Virus record (IMG/VR): IMGVR_UViG_3300020577_009322
Location: 91,464-155,463 of that record
Reading direction: 5' to 3' (one strand)
DNA from: a virus
Taxonomy: Duplodnaviria > Caudoviricetes
DNA length: 64,000 bases
The notes below the pieces were generated by a model. The model did not search any database. It had not been told where the DNA came from and worked only from the letters and a program-made list of their open reading frames with translations. Below, one piece after another: positions 15,877 through 26,608 of the stretch. The translations under genes and the position numbers were made by a program. The stretch's first letter is position 1; every line of letters starts with the position of its first letter.

Positions 15877-16712
15877 ATGATAAAACGTTTGATCATCGTC
15901 CAATAGAGGAACTGATGGCAATTGTTAAAAATGACTTTAGAAAATTTGATGCTGAAAATCTAATTGATGAAGGTAATCTTATCAAGACAGTAATGTATTG
16001 TAATGACAAGCTAGGTATCCCTATTAGGGAAGTTAGGGAAGTGGCTATTCCTGTAGAGGATTTTAAGGGAGAATTACCTAAAGATTTTGAGAAAATATAT
16101 TATGTGTGTGGACTACAATGTAGTAATACAGCTGTAAGAATAGATAAAAATCCATTTGATAATAATGTTGATCAGGATGTTATTTATAATGCGCACTTAA
16201 ATAGAGATCAATTAGGGTGTGTAGAAAATTATCAAGTTGTTGTTGAAAGAAAAAGTAAAGAAATTGTTTATAGATATGGAGAATGGACTACTTTAGAGGT
16301 ATCACCATCTTCTCATAAACACTGTCATATAGATTCACCGAATAAAAGGAAACATGGAAAATATCAGGTAGAAATAAATGATGATCATATAAAGACACCT
16401 TTTAGAAGCGGAATCCTATATATAATGTATATAGGAATGATGAAAGATGAGAATGGAAATATTACATTTCCTTTCCATCCTATGATTACACCTTACTACG
16501 AATGGACAATTAAGGAAAAAATCTTAATGGATATGATCTTTAATAGTGATGGAAATGTAGGTGATATGTTAAAGTTGGCTCAACAAGAACGTCTAAAAGC
16601 ATGGTTAGATGCATTTAATTTTACTACAGAGAAGGGTTATGGGGAGTTTGTACAATATCAGAAGAAAAAAGAATTAGGTTGGTACAATAGATGGTTTAAA
16701 TATTTACAATAA
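15867..16712 (+). CDS. Tail ring/tubular protein
   Basis: ELPKDF...YQVE...IKTPFRSG..Y.Y.G...DENG pattern; precedes muzzle gene; start 15867 or 15846. Confidence 0.6.
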   Translation: MSINDKTFDHRPIEELMAIVKNDFRKFDAENLIDEGNLIKTVMYCNDKLGIPIREVREVAIPVEDFKGELPKDFEKIYYVCGLQCSNTAVRIDKNPFDNNVDQDVIYNAHLNRDQLGCVENYQVVVERKSKEIVYRYGEWTTLEVSPSSHKHCHIDSPNKRKHGKYQVEINDDHIKTPFRSGILYIMYIGMMKDENGNITFPFHPMITPYYEWTIKEKILMDMIFNSDGNVGDMLKLAQQERLKAWLDAFNFTTEKGYGEFVQYQKKKELGWYNRWFKYLQ

Positions 16713-17194
16713 TGATATTACATTTATCAAAAGACGTTAATTATGAAACGTTTAATGCTTTAGTTAAAGCTTTTAACGCATTAACTACAAATGATTGTTT
16801 ACATATATACTTTACTTGTCCTGAAGGAGGATTAACAGATGTTTCCGAAGCTATAATAGATTTTATTAATAAAAATAAAGATTATATAGGAATGACTTTT
16901 TATGGTGAGTTGTTTTCATCAGGAATGGTAATTTTCTTATCAACACAATGTGAGAAGAAAATATTACCATTTACTAGAGGAATGTATCATTTAGCATGGC
17001 AACAAATGGATATAGCAGAGAATGGAAAACCGTCTTCAGAATATGATATATTTTCAATGAAGGAAATGAGAAAATCTAAAGAAAAGAATCTTTCTTTTCT
17101 TAAAACTACAAAATTATCAGAAAAAGAAATAAATGCTATTAGGAAAGGAAAAGATGTCTATTTTTCTTATGATCGTATGTTAGAATTATTATAA
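16712..17194 (+). CDS. ClpP-like protease
   Basis: TCPEGG, GELFSSG (Ser nucleophile), MYH, KDVYFS motifs. Confidence 0.7.
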   Translation: MILHLSKDVNYETFNALVKAFNALTTNDCLHIYFTCPEGGLTDVSEAIIDFINKNKDYIGMTFYGELFSSGMVIFLSTQCEKKILPFTRGMYHLAWQQMDIAENGKPSSEYDIFSMKEMRKSKEKNLSFLKTTKLSEKEINAIRKGKDVYFSYDRMLELL

Positions 17195-20100
17195 TGCCTG
17201 AACAAAATACTTCAGTAGTAAATACTACCACTACATCAAAAGCTGGATTAATAACAGATTTAAATGCTTCTTATATAAGTAAGGAGCAGTACAGTCATGC
17301 TAGAAATGCAGTAAGAAATAGTAAAGATGGTGATCTTGGAACTATTAGTAATGAACCTTCAACTTCTTTTTGTTTTCAAGCACCTTATGATATTGTAGGA
17401 CATGTTGATTTGCCAGATGATGAGGTAATGATATTTTCTGGAGATGGATCATCTTCAGAAATAGGAATTGGGAATATTAAAACATGTGTATATAGAAAGA
17501 TATTAGATTGGCCATGCTTAAATTTCTCTACTAAATTTCCAGTTACAGGAGTATCTAAAAAACATTTTAATAAAGGAACAGTTGTATATTTTACAGACAA
17601 GCATAATCATATAAGAAGAATAGATTTGAGTAAGATAAATAAAATCACATCATGTGATGATATTTTGTTATTCAAGAATATAGATTTACCATGTATTACC
17701 GTTAAAAAAGGACAAGTTGGTAATATACCAAATGGTATGTATTCTGTTGTAATGGCATATACTGTTGATAATCAATTATTTACAGATTGGTTTTCTATAA
17801 CTAATAGAGTACAATTATATTCAACAAATAATTCTAATTCATTAGAGGTTAAAATCTCAGGATTAGATAAAGAATTTGATAATTTTCAGTTAGCTGTGGT
17901 TGGAACTTATGTAGATCCAGTAACCAAAGGGGCAACTAAATTAGCAAAGATAGTAGGAACTTATTCCACAAAAATAGGTTCTATATCAATTACTGATTTT
18001 CTTAATACTACTTATAAAGAGATACAATTATCTGATTTAGTAATCAAAAAGAATACTTGGCAGAAAGCTGGTATTATTTCATCTAACTCTAATCACCTAA
18101 TGTTTGGTGATCTAGTTGGTAGAGATGAGGAGAATTATCAGTTAAAGGCAATGACAATTGAAAGTGAGTATGTAATTGAACAGGTTCCTGCAGATTATTA
18201 CGAAGTAGATGGAAGTGATGTTAGTTATTATGCAGATGAGAACTACGATTTTTATATAAATGGTGTGTATAGTTCCGGGGAAGAAACAGATAAATATCAT
18301 ATTCCTGGAAGAAAATCTACTAAGGATGATCGTTCACTAGTATCATCAAAAGATGTATACGAATATGATACAGATTTACAGGATTGTGACCCTGTTACAA
18401 AGATAGAGAAATGGCAAGTATATAATACTGCAGATGAGGTTACACCAACAAATGACAAATTTAAGTGTGATAGAAGAGTATGGGGAACTGGAAAAATGGG
18501 ATATTTTGAAAGTACAGATTTATATCCTGATAATAAGGATATGTTTGGAGAAGATGCCAATAAACCAATTCGTTATCATAAATTTCCTGATGAGTGTAAG
18601 ATATCTCGTTATTCAGTAATAGAGGGAAAAACTTATGTTAATATTAAAGGAGTTCGTTTTAAGAATATTCCAAAATTTGATAATCCTGATATTGTTGGTT
18701 ATAAAATAACTCGTTCAGATAGAAAAGGTGGAAATGGAACTGTTGGAGCAAGAGGATTAATGACAAATGTTCGTAGTTATTTCGATAGTACTACAAATCA
18801 GACTGTTATGTATAATAACTATACAGTTAATGATTTAAATCCAGATATTTATCTATCATCTAAACAAACATATTATAAAAATAATAGTGAGCACGATTTT
18901 GTTCCAGTAGAAGATTACTATAAGGATCGTTTTAACTTCTATTCACCTCACACTTCTTTTGAACCACGCTATACATTAGGTAGTGAAATTAAGATTGAAA
19001 GTGAGGAAATAGCTCAGGTAACCGGTAAATTTGAACCAGTATTTAATCACCCTCAACAAAAATTACTTAATCAGTTTGCCTTTTGGGTAGCCGCCTCTGT
19101 AGGATTTATTGAGGCAACATTAACATTATTAGGAAAAGGAAATGCCAGAGTTACAACTTCATCTGGTGAAGTATTGGGTCAACAAAATAATACACATTCA
19201 GATGTAACATCTACAATAGATTATAACTTATCTACAGTAGAGGACTTAATAAACTTTGATGTTATTGGATTTCTAACAGGGTCATTAGTATCAGTTACTG
19301 GAGTTCGTTCAGCAGCGGGAGGATTAAGTAAAGTAACTCAAATTGTTAAGGTTATTAAAGCCGCTCTTACTATAATAGCATCACTTGCTATTAAAGTTCC
19401 CTTTTCTATTTTAAATGGAATTCAAGAGGCGGATAAAATCTTTGATATTATCTATAAGTTTACCGGATATACCAATTATGTTTATCAATATAATGCTCAT
19501 GCCCTTTTTAATCAATCAATATGTGTAAATCCTGGAAACAAAAGAAGACGTCTTAAAAGAGATGCTTTATATATTCCATCCGATATAGTTACCATAGATG
19601 ATACAGTATATAATAATTTACTTAGAGAGAAAACAGTATATCTTCATTTAAATAATGAAGTTAAAAATCCTGTAAATAAAGATAATAGTAGATTAACTAT
19701 CTCATCAGCTAATATATGTGGAAAACCGGATACCCAAGTAACATCAACAGGATCAGCATTTTATGTAACAAGTAAGATTGTTAATCCTAATCAATATGGA
19801 AGTTTAGGTTCATCTTCTCCGGTATCAATGCATTCTTGCGTATTAAGATTTAATGAAGAAAAACCACAGCCAGGATTACCAAATCCTGAACCCATCTTGA
19901 CAACTTCACCCATTTTATATGGAGGTGATTGTATAATTACTCGTTTTCAATTTATGAAGAAAATGAGATTCTTTAATCAGGATTTATCTTCCGTAAATGA
20001 GGGAACAAATTCAGGATATCCAGATGGTACAGAATATGATTATAAATTATATAGAAATATAGCTTATCCACGTTACTGGATGGACACAACTAAATATGAT

Positions 20101-21861
20101 TTTGCAGAAATAGTAACTGGAAAATCATTATCTTTATCTAGCTTTTCACGTACGACTCAGAGTAGGCATAATTTAGATTGTAAGAAAAATAATGATGGAA
20201 AGGCTTTAACTCGTATAGATGATGCTTATATGTATCTATCTAATAATGTAGTTATGGACTTTTTTGTTGAATGTGATTATAATATTAACTTTAGAGATAA
20301 AACTGAACATCCTTTTTATTCAAAAAATAATACTAATATTTCTCAGATATTTCGTTCAGATAGATTAGGATTTGCAGAAGAATTTTCTATTAATAGAGCA
20401 TTTTCTGATATCTATACAACAGAAATATATCTTCAACAACAAAGAAGTGACTTTGATCCAACTAATCCAATACCAGTAATTCAAAAGAATTCTGTTATTT
20501 ATTCCCTTCCTTCATTTAATTTACAGAAGGCTGATAATTGGCAATACTTCTTACCTGCAAATTACTTCTCATTCAGTGAGACAGACTTTGGTAATTTAAC
20601 TAGTATGCATAAATTAGATGAAGATAGAGTAATATTCTTATTCTCTAAAGCCTCACCTTTTGTAACAATGGGAAGAAGTCTTCTTCAGTTAAGTGGTCAA
20701 ACTGTTACTATTGGTGATGGTGGATTATTTGCCCAGGATCCAAGAGAAATAATGCCAACAGATAATAACTATGCTGCATGTAATAGTAGATATGCTTTTT
20801 CTAATACTCATACAGGAAGATATTATCCATCAGAAAGACAAGGTCGTATAATAAATTATGGTCAATCGTTAGATGATATAACAAGAGAAGGAATAAGTTA
20901 TTGGTGTAAAAATTATATGCCAATCTTTTTATATAAGTACTTTCCTAATTATGAAGAGATAGAGAATCCTATATCAGGAGTTGGTTATTTAACATCTTTT
21001 GATTCATTTAACGAGACTATTTATATAATAAAAAGAGATTTCTCTCCAAAAAAGGAATATATAAAAGATATAACTTATAATAATGGAAATTTTTATTATA
21101 AAGATATGTTAATCTCATTAAGAGATTCATCCTATTTTAATGATATTTCTTGGACCCTATCATATTCTCCTGGAGATAAATCATTTGTTAGTTGGCACGA
21201 TTGGCATCCTGATTGGGTTATTCAAACTGATAACCATTTTATGTCAGTTAAAGGAAATAAAGTATGGAAACATAACGAAAGTTATGATTCATTCTGTAAT
21301 TTCTATGGTATAGATTGGCCATTTGAAATAGAGTTCTTAAGTAGTAGTGGACAACAAGTAGAGATAGTTAGAAGTATTGAATATATATTAGAAGCATATC
21401 ATTATAAAAATATGGGAAGGGATCGTTTTCATTTACTTAATGAAAATTTTGATAGACTAATAGTTAGTAATACTGAACAAATATCCCCATTATTAAACTT
21501 GGTACACGGATCTGCAGATCCATCTATCAATTTAGATTATCCTAAAATAAATATCTCTAATGCAATTAGCTATGATGTTATATTTTTTAAAGAGGAAAAC
21601 AAATATCGTATTAATCAATTTTGGGATTCTGTAAAAGATAGAGGAGAATTTACAACAACAGAAGTTCATTTATTTCCTACAGATGAAAGTGGATATAAGC
21701 AGATAATAAATCCTATGGCTATTGATATTAACAAACCAGAAGAAGAAAGAAAGAAATTTAGACATTATTATAATAAATTTCGTCTTATAAAGACTGTATC
21801 TGGTCCAACTAAATTTTTGAGTAAACTATTAAATATTAAAAAATTAATATCATTTAAGTAA
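17194..21861 (+). CDS. Tail stabilisation / muzzle protein (P22 gp10-like)
   Basis: 1555 aa; A.N...G...NE start, YFTD, IRYHKFP, YGGD, WTLSY, SWHDWHP motifs of crAss-like muzzle proteins. Confidence 0.8.
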   Translation: MPEQNTSVVNTTTTSKAGLITDLNASYISKEQYSHARNAVRNSKDGDLGTISNEPSTSFCFQAPYDIVGHVDLPDDEVMIFSGDGSSSEIGIGNIKTCVYRKILDWPCLNFSTKFPVTGVSKKHFNKGTVVYFTDKHNHIRRIDLSKINKITSCDDILLFKNIDLPCITVKKGQVGNIPNGMYSVVMAYTVDNQLFTDWFSITNRVQLYSTNNSNSLEVKISGLDKEFDNFQLAVVGTYVDPVTKGATKLAKIVGTYSTKIGSISITDFLNTTYKEIQLSDLVIKKNTWQKAGIISSNSNHLMFGDLVGRDEENYQLKAMTIESEYVIEQVPADYYEVDGSDVSYYADENYDFYINGVYSSGEETDKYHIPGRKSTKDDRSLVSSKDVYEYDTDLQDCDPVTKIEKWQVYNTADEVTPTNDKFKCDRRVWGTGKMGYFESTDLYPDNKDMFGEDANKPIRYHKFPDECKISRYSVIEGKTYVNIKGVRFKNIPKFDNPDIVGYKITRSDRKGGNGTVGARGLMTNVRSYFDSTTNQTVMYNNYTVNDLNPDIYLSSKQTYYKNNSEHDFVPVEDYYKDRFNFYSPHTSFEPRYTLGSEIKIESEEIAQVTGKFEPVFNHPQQKLLNQFAFWVAASVGFIEATLTLLGKGNARVTTSSGEVLGQQNNTHSDVTSTIDYNLSTVEDLINFDVIGFLTGSLVSVTGVRSAAGGLSKVTQIVKVIKAALTIIASLAIKVPFSILNGIQEADKIFDIIYKFTGYTNYVYQYNAHALFNQSICVNPGNKRRRLKRDALYIPSDIVTIDDTVYNNLLREKTVYLHLNNEVKNPVNKDNSRLTISSANICGKPDTQVTSTGSAFYVTSKIVNPNQYGSLGSSSPVSMHSCVLRFNEEKPQPGLPNPEPILTTSPILYGGDCIITRFQFMKKMRFFNQDLSSVNEGTNSGYPDGTEYDYKLYRNIAYPRYWMDTTKYDFAEIVTGKSLSLSSFSRTTQSRHNLDCKKNNDGKALTRIDDAYMYLSNNVVMDFFVECDYNINFRDKTEHPFYSKNNTNISQIFRSDRLGFAEEFSINRAFSDIYTTEIYLQQQRSDFDPTNPIPVIQKNSVIYSLPSFNLQKADNWQYFLPANYFSFSETDFGNLTSMHKLDEDRVIFLFSKASPFVTMGRSLLQLSGQTVTIGDGGLFAQDPREIMPTDNNYAACNSRYAFSNTHTGRYYPSERQGRIINYGQSLDDITREGISYWCKNYMPIFLYKYFPNYEEIENPISGVGYLTSFDSFNETIYIIKRDFSPKKEYIKDITYNNGNFYYKDMLISLRDSSYFNDISWTLSYSPGDKSFVSWHDWHPDWVIQTDNHFMSVKGNKVWKHNESYDSFCNFYGIDWPFEIEFLSSSGQQVEIVRSIEYILEAYHYKNMGRDRFHLLNENFDRLIVSNTEQISPLLNLVHGSADPSINLDYPKINISNAISYDVIFFKEENKYRINQFWDSVKDRGEFTTTEVHLFPTDESGYKQIINPMAIDINKPEEERKKFRHYYNKFRLIKTVSGPTKFLSKLLNIKKLISFK

Positions 21862-23339
21862 TGCCATTTTTATCAAAATCTCAATCAAAAGCATGTTTTG
21901 CTACACATGGATTTGGTCATAATGTGAATTGTGATGAATGGGCAAAATCTACTAATTATAAGAAGTTACCTAATAAAGTAAAGCATATGAAGCATAAATC
22001 GAAATATCGTAGTGCACAAATGGGAGGCGTTCCAATAGGACATTATGATAAAGTAACAGATAGTTGGCAAGAAGATGAAGTCGGACAAGACTTATTTGGT
22101 ATAAAGAAAATGCTTACTCCTCAATCTACACAAGAAGGGTGTCCACCAGGTTATTATTTTTCTTCCCCAGAAGGAAAATGTGTTCCAAATTTTACTAGTC
22201 AATCTATACCTTCTTTATTTCATCCAAATCCAGAATTTGAAGAAGGTTTATTAGCAAATAGAGAAAGTTCTACTATTTCTAATAAAGAAAATTCTATACC
22301 AAAACCTATTGGAAGCAGACCATCTTCTCCAAAGATCGATCCTTATTTTGCTTTACATGGAGTAACTACAGGTCTATCTTGGTTATCTGGAATTGTTGAT
22401 AGAAATAGACAAAATCAATATCAACAAAATCAATTCTCCTCCCTTGGCCAGAATAATCCATCTCCTGTAGAAAATTATCAACCAAACCCATTTTCCTTAT
22501 ATAGTAAATATGGAGGATCAATAAAGAAGTATCAACGGGGTGGACGTTCTCCTATTATGGTAAATAATCCTAATGATCCTCGTTTAAAAGCTTATAGTGA
22601 TAGTTTGAATTTGTATAATATGTCACAATATGATATAAATAATAATGATTTTGTTAATGATTGGAAAAAAAGAGAAGATATTAAAAATAAGACAGGTAAA
22701 GATGACGCTAATATTACTTTAAAATCTTTTATTAAGGCGTTTGATAATGGTTCAAATAAATTTTTACTTTCTCAAAAATCACAAATAAAACCAATAAAAC
22801 AAATTTTTGATGATGATGTGAATATTAGTAAAGGTAAAATCGAACCTTTACTTAAAGATGTATATAAAAAACCAGTACAACCAGTAGTATATCAGAAACC
22901 ACAATTAAAACTGATAGAACAACTTGAAAAGATATTTCCAAAACCAACCCCTGCACAGAGTAGACCAGCTCAAATTACTACTCCTCAACAGAGTGTAATA
23001 CCAGAACCTCAAGGAGATTATGTATATGGTCCAGCTAATAGTGTAATAGGTACAAATGTAAATGGTAAGTTTGTACCATATCAAGGTGAAAATACAGTTG
23101 GAGCTAATGGTAGTCAAAGAGGAAAAGTTAATAAAGCTGATTCAGATTTAATGAATGATACAGAAGCCCTTAAGAAGTATTTAAGAGGAAAGGGATTACA
23201 ATTTAAAAAAGGTGGAAGTTTTATGGGGATAAATCCTGATCATAAAGGGTACTGTACACCAATGTCGAAATCAACTTGTACACCTCGTAGAAAGGCATTA
23301 GCAATGACTTTAAAAAAACATCATGGATTTCATAAATAA
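21861..23339 (+). CDS. Low-complexity putative virion cargo protein
   Basis: 492 aa; repeated xxGG motifs; RRKALAMTLKK C-terminus. Confidence 0.55.
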   Translation: MPFLSKSQSKACFATHGFGHNVNCDEWAKSTNYKKLPNKVKHMKHKSKYRSAQMGGVPIGHYDKVTDSWQEDEVGQDLFGIKKMLTPQSTQEGCPPGYYFSSPEGKCVPNFTSQSIPSLFHPNPEFEEGLLANRESSTISNKENSIPKPIGSRPSSPKIDPYFALHGVTTGLSWLSGIVDRNRQNQYQQNQFSSLGQNNPSPVENYQPNPFSLYSKYGGSIKKYQRGGRSPIMVNNPNDPRLKAYSDSLNLYNMSQYDINNNDFVNDWKKREDIKNKTGKDDANITLKSFIKAFDNGSNKFLLSQKSQIKPIKQIFDDDVNISKGKIEPLLKDVYKKPVQPVVYQKPQLKLIEQLEKIFPKPTPAQSRPAQITTPQQSVIPEPQGDYVYGPANSVIGTNVNGKFVPYQGENTVGANGSQRGKVNKADSDLMNDTEALKKYLRGKGLQFKKGGSFMGINPDHKGYCTPMSKSTCTPRRKALAMTLKKHHGFHK

Positions 23340-23347
23340 TAACAAAA

Positions 23348-23866
23348 ATGGAAGTAATTAAAAGAATTAAAAGAAAAAATTCATTTGCTACTGATTCTGT
23401 TCTAAATATTCTAAATCTTAGAATAGAACAAGAAGAACAATCTTCTCGTCTATACCACTCTATGTCAATATGGCTTAATGATAAAGGATATATGGGAGCA
23501 TCAAAACGTTGGCAATCTGATGCTGATGGTGAAATGGAACATGCAAATTGGGCAAAAGAATATTTACTTGATTTAGGTGTTAAACCTATAATACCTGCAT
23601 TAAAACAACCTCCACAGGAATTTGAGGGATTGGCTGATATAATCAGAAAATCATTTGAACATGAAATTGTTGTTACTGAACAATGTAATGATTTAGCAAA
23701 TCAGGCACTTCGTACTAATGATAATCTTCTTTATCAATTAGCAAACAAGTTTCTACAAGAGCAGCAAGAAGAGTTAGGTAAACTTCAAACGCTTCTTGAT
23801 AAATTAGATGCATTTGGTGAAGATAAAATTGCAATGAGATTATTAGACAATGAATTAGGTTCTTAA
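23348..23866 (+). CDS. ftnA: Non-heme ferritin
   Basis: EEQSSRLY, EMEHA, FEHE, QEQQEE ferroxidase-centre motifs. Confidence 0.9.
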   Translation: MEVIKRIKRKNSFATDSVLNILNLRIEQEEQSSRLYHSMSIWLNDKGYMGASKRWQSDADGEMEHANWAKEYLLDLGVKPIIPALKQPPQEFEGLADIIRKSFEHEIVVTEQCNDLANQALRTNDNLLYQLANKFLQEQQEELGKLQTLLDKLDAFGEDKIAMRLLDNELGS

Positions 23867-23867
23867 T

Positions 23868-24689
23868 ATGGATTTACAATCAATACTAGGATATAGTAAA
23901 AATTCTCCCTATATTAATAATCCCTATCTGGATATTCATAGTCCAGAAGGATTAATTGATATGAGTAATACAGCTATTGATTTAATAGGAATAGATAATC
24001 AAGGGAATAAAAAGAAAATGAAGGCATTCAATAAAAATCCATATAAGTTTAATGGAGATGTAATAAGAGAAATTCCTTATCAAAGAGGAGGGAATGTCTA
24101 TGATTTCCTATTTAAAGATGATGAAGAAGATAATGATAAAAGTTTGGAGAAAGATGCTGATAAACCATCAGCACCATCTACTGCAGAAATACCTCAGATT
24201 AGTAATGATGAATATGAGAGTACATTAGCAATGGCTATGCAATCCTATAATGATCCATTTCTAAATAGAAGACAATTTCAATCTATTCCACACGGTTTAG
24301 ATGCTAATATTAGCAGTGAGGATATGAATATTGTTACTCAATCTGCACAGAAATATAATATACCGCCTGAAATATTAGCAGGAATATATGGAGCAGAAAC
24401 ATCATTTGGTAAAAATATACATCAATCTTCAGTTGGGGCACAGGGACCATTTCAATTTATGCCAGCAACAGCTAAGCAATATAATGTAAATCCATATGAT
24501 TTACAATCTTCTTCAGAAGGTGCTGCTCATTATTTAAGTAATTTATATAACCAATTTGGTAACTGGGAACAGGCTATAGGAGCTTATAATGCTGGACCAG
24601 GGAATATAAGAAAGGGAAGAATACCACAAGAAACAAGAAAGTATGTACCTAAAGTATTAGGATATGCTCAATCATTAAAAGGAAAATAA
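23868..24689 (+). CDS. Virion-associated lytic transglycosylase (SLT domain)
   Basis: AETSFG, GAQGPFQFMPATA, AYNAGPG, ETRKYV. Confidence 0.92.
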   Translation: MDLQSILGYSKNSPYINNPYLDIHSPEGLIDMSNTAIDLIGIDNQGNKKKMKAFNKNPYKFNGDVIREIPYQRGGNVYDFLFKDDEEDNDKSLEKDADKPSAPSTAEIPQISNDEYESTLAMAMQSYNDPFLNRRQFQSIPHGLDANISSEDMNIVTQSAQKYNIPPEILAGIYGAETSFGKNIHQSSVGAQGPFQFMPATAKQYNVNPYDLQSSSEGAAHYLSNLYNQFGNWEQAIGAYNAGPGNIRKGRIPQETRKYVPKVLGYAQSLKGK

Positions 24690-24690
24690 T

Positions 24691-26544
24691 ATGAATAAAG
24701 TACCAGGAGTAGGAGATAATAAGACATATAAGGATATGTATCCTTTTAATCAGACACGTTATTTTACAATAGATAAGAAAGCCTTATCTTCTGTTAATGC
24801 CAGTCCTGATATTAACAGTACTATTAAGGAAAATCCTTATCGCAGTAATGTTGAAATTGAAAAAGATGAGGTAGTATTACAACCAGATTTATCTGCTCTC
24901 TTTAAAGCTAAAGGGAAAACCCACAAGCAAGGTGGTATTGATGTTACATTAAGACCTGATTCTTTTGTTTTTTCTAATGATCCAACATTAGCATTTTCAG
25001 AGAGTGATCATAAATTATTTGAATTTAAAGAAGGTGGTACTTTTAAGAAGGATAAAAATACACCAGCTGATGTATTAAAGAGAAATATTGATGTTAAGCA
25101 TTATAATACTTTAATAGCTAATATAACTGATATAAAAAAGGATGACCTAGCTAAAAAATCATCTGCAATGATGCTTGAAAAATATATAAAAACATTAGGA
25201 GGGATAGCTTATCTACAAGAACAAAAGAAAAATTTTCCTCAGGGATTACCTGCATTTTCAGATGGAAGTGCTCCTGTATACAATAGTAATGTTAAAGAAA
25301 AAGTTATGGAACAAAAGCAATATGCTAAATATGGAGGAACAATTAATCCATATTCTGTAGGTGGGCCAATTCTACCATGTCCTTGTGGAAAGGATGCTAA
25401 TGGTAAATGTTTACCTTGTTCAGATGATGTGTATAATAGTATTCTTCCAAAAGCTAGGAAAGTTGATAAAGCACTACCAGGTTATGATCCACTTTATACA
25501 GCCCCTAATGGAACTAAATTATATGGTAAATTTGGAGAAAAAAATGTATCAACTCCTTATAATGGACCATTAATGTCAAATGATAAATGGAGGGCTTTTC
25601 TGGCTTCTCCACAAGGAATTAAATGGAAACAAACAAGAGCCACACAGGATACTGAAGATTATCTACGCATAGATCCATCTAATCCAAATCCTCCACAAGA
25701 TAATCCAGGAGGAATAGGGGGAAGACCATATCAAGTAACTCCACAAGTATCTATTATTCCAGGAGATGTTACAGGTGCTTCTATGCAGGGTAAAGATATT
25801 AATTGGCAATTTTCACCTTGGCAAAAAATAAGTCAAGGTTATAACTTGGCAAAATTAGCCTCTGTAAAGCGCTACATGCCTTATAGAAGTCATTTAAATG
25901 CTAGTTATATAGATCCTTCTCTTGTTAATTCAGAGCAAACTGTTGGGGATATGAAAGCTTCATTTAATCAAAATTTAAATGGAATTAATTCCCTTTCTCC
26001 TATTCTGAGAAATGCTCAGGCACAATCTACTTATGGTCAGTTACTTAACCAGATTCCAGGAGTTCGTTCTCAATATGATAATCAAAATGTTGGGATAATT
26101 AATCAGTTTAAACAATATAATAATCAGATAAAGAATAATGAAAGTGTCCAGAATATGCAAAATGACCAGAATTATTATCAACAAGTAGTTACTGGTAATG
26201 TTAATTTTGATAATATGAAAACATTCCTTGGAGATCAATACATGAACAATTTAATGGGAGATGTTCAAGATAATCAAGCACTGGCATATAACTTAGCTAC
26301 TCTTAAGAATCCTGCTTATGGATATAACTTTCGTTCTGGAAACTTTTATCGTAATCCAAAAAGTGTACTGGATGTTGATTCAACAAGTAATACACAAGAA
26401 AATTTGATAGAATTAGCCAAATCACTTAGATCGCAAGGATTTGGAGAAAAGTTAGTCGGAGATATAATAAAAAGTAAAGCCTTCCAGACATGGAATCCAA
26501 CTCAAAAAAAGGGTGGAAGAATAGGATATAATCCATATAAATGA
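24691..26544 (+). CDS. Putative virion cargo protein
   Basis: NVEIEKDE...GKTHKQGG motif; Gln/Asn-rich coiled C-terminus. Confidence 0.6.
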   Translation: MNKVPGVGDNKTYKDMYPFNQTRYFTIDKKALSSVNASPDINSTIKENPYRSNVEIEKDEVVLQPDLSALFKAKGKTHKQGGIDVTLRPDSFVFSNDPTLAFSESDHKLFEFKEGGTFKKDKNTPADVLKRNIDVKHYNTLIANITDIKKDDLAKKSSAMMLEKYIKTLGGIAYLQEQKKNFPQGLPAFSDGSAPVYNSNVKEKVMEQKQYAKYGGTINPYSVGGPILPCPCGKDANGKCLPCSDDVYNSILPKARKVDKALPGYDPLYTAPNGTKLYGKFGEKNVSTPYNGPLMSNDKWRAFLASPQGIKWKQTRATQDTEDYLRIDPSNPNPPQDNPGGIGGRPYQVTPQVSIIPGDVTGASMQGKDINWQFSPWQKISQGYNLAKLASVKRYMPYRSHLNASYIDPSLVNSEQTVGDMKASFNQNLNGINSLSPILRNAQAQSTYGQLLNQIPGVRSQYDNQNVGIINQFKQYNNQIKNNESVQNMQNDQNYYQQVVTGNVNFDNMKTFLGDQYMNNLMGDVQDNQALAYNLATLKNPAYGYNFRSGNFYRNPKSVLDVDSTSNTQENLIELAKSLRSQGFGEKLVGDIIKSKAFQTWNPTQKKGGRIGYNPYK

Positions 26545-26572
26545 CACTACCTGTAAATAACATTAAATATTA

Positions 26573-26604
26573 ATTGGTTTTCAATGAATTATATTGTATC
26601 TTTG
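26573..26604 (+). promoter_or_regulatory. Bacteroidota-type promoter of the LAGLIDADG gene
   Basis: attgg at 26573 and TATCTTTG 26597-26604; ATG at 26609. Confidence 0.7.
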
Positions 26605-26608
26605 TAAG

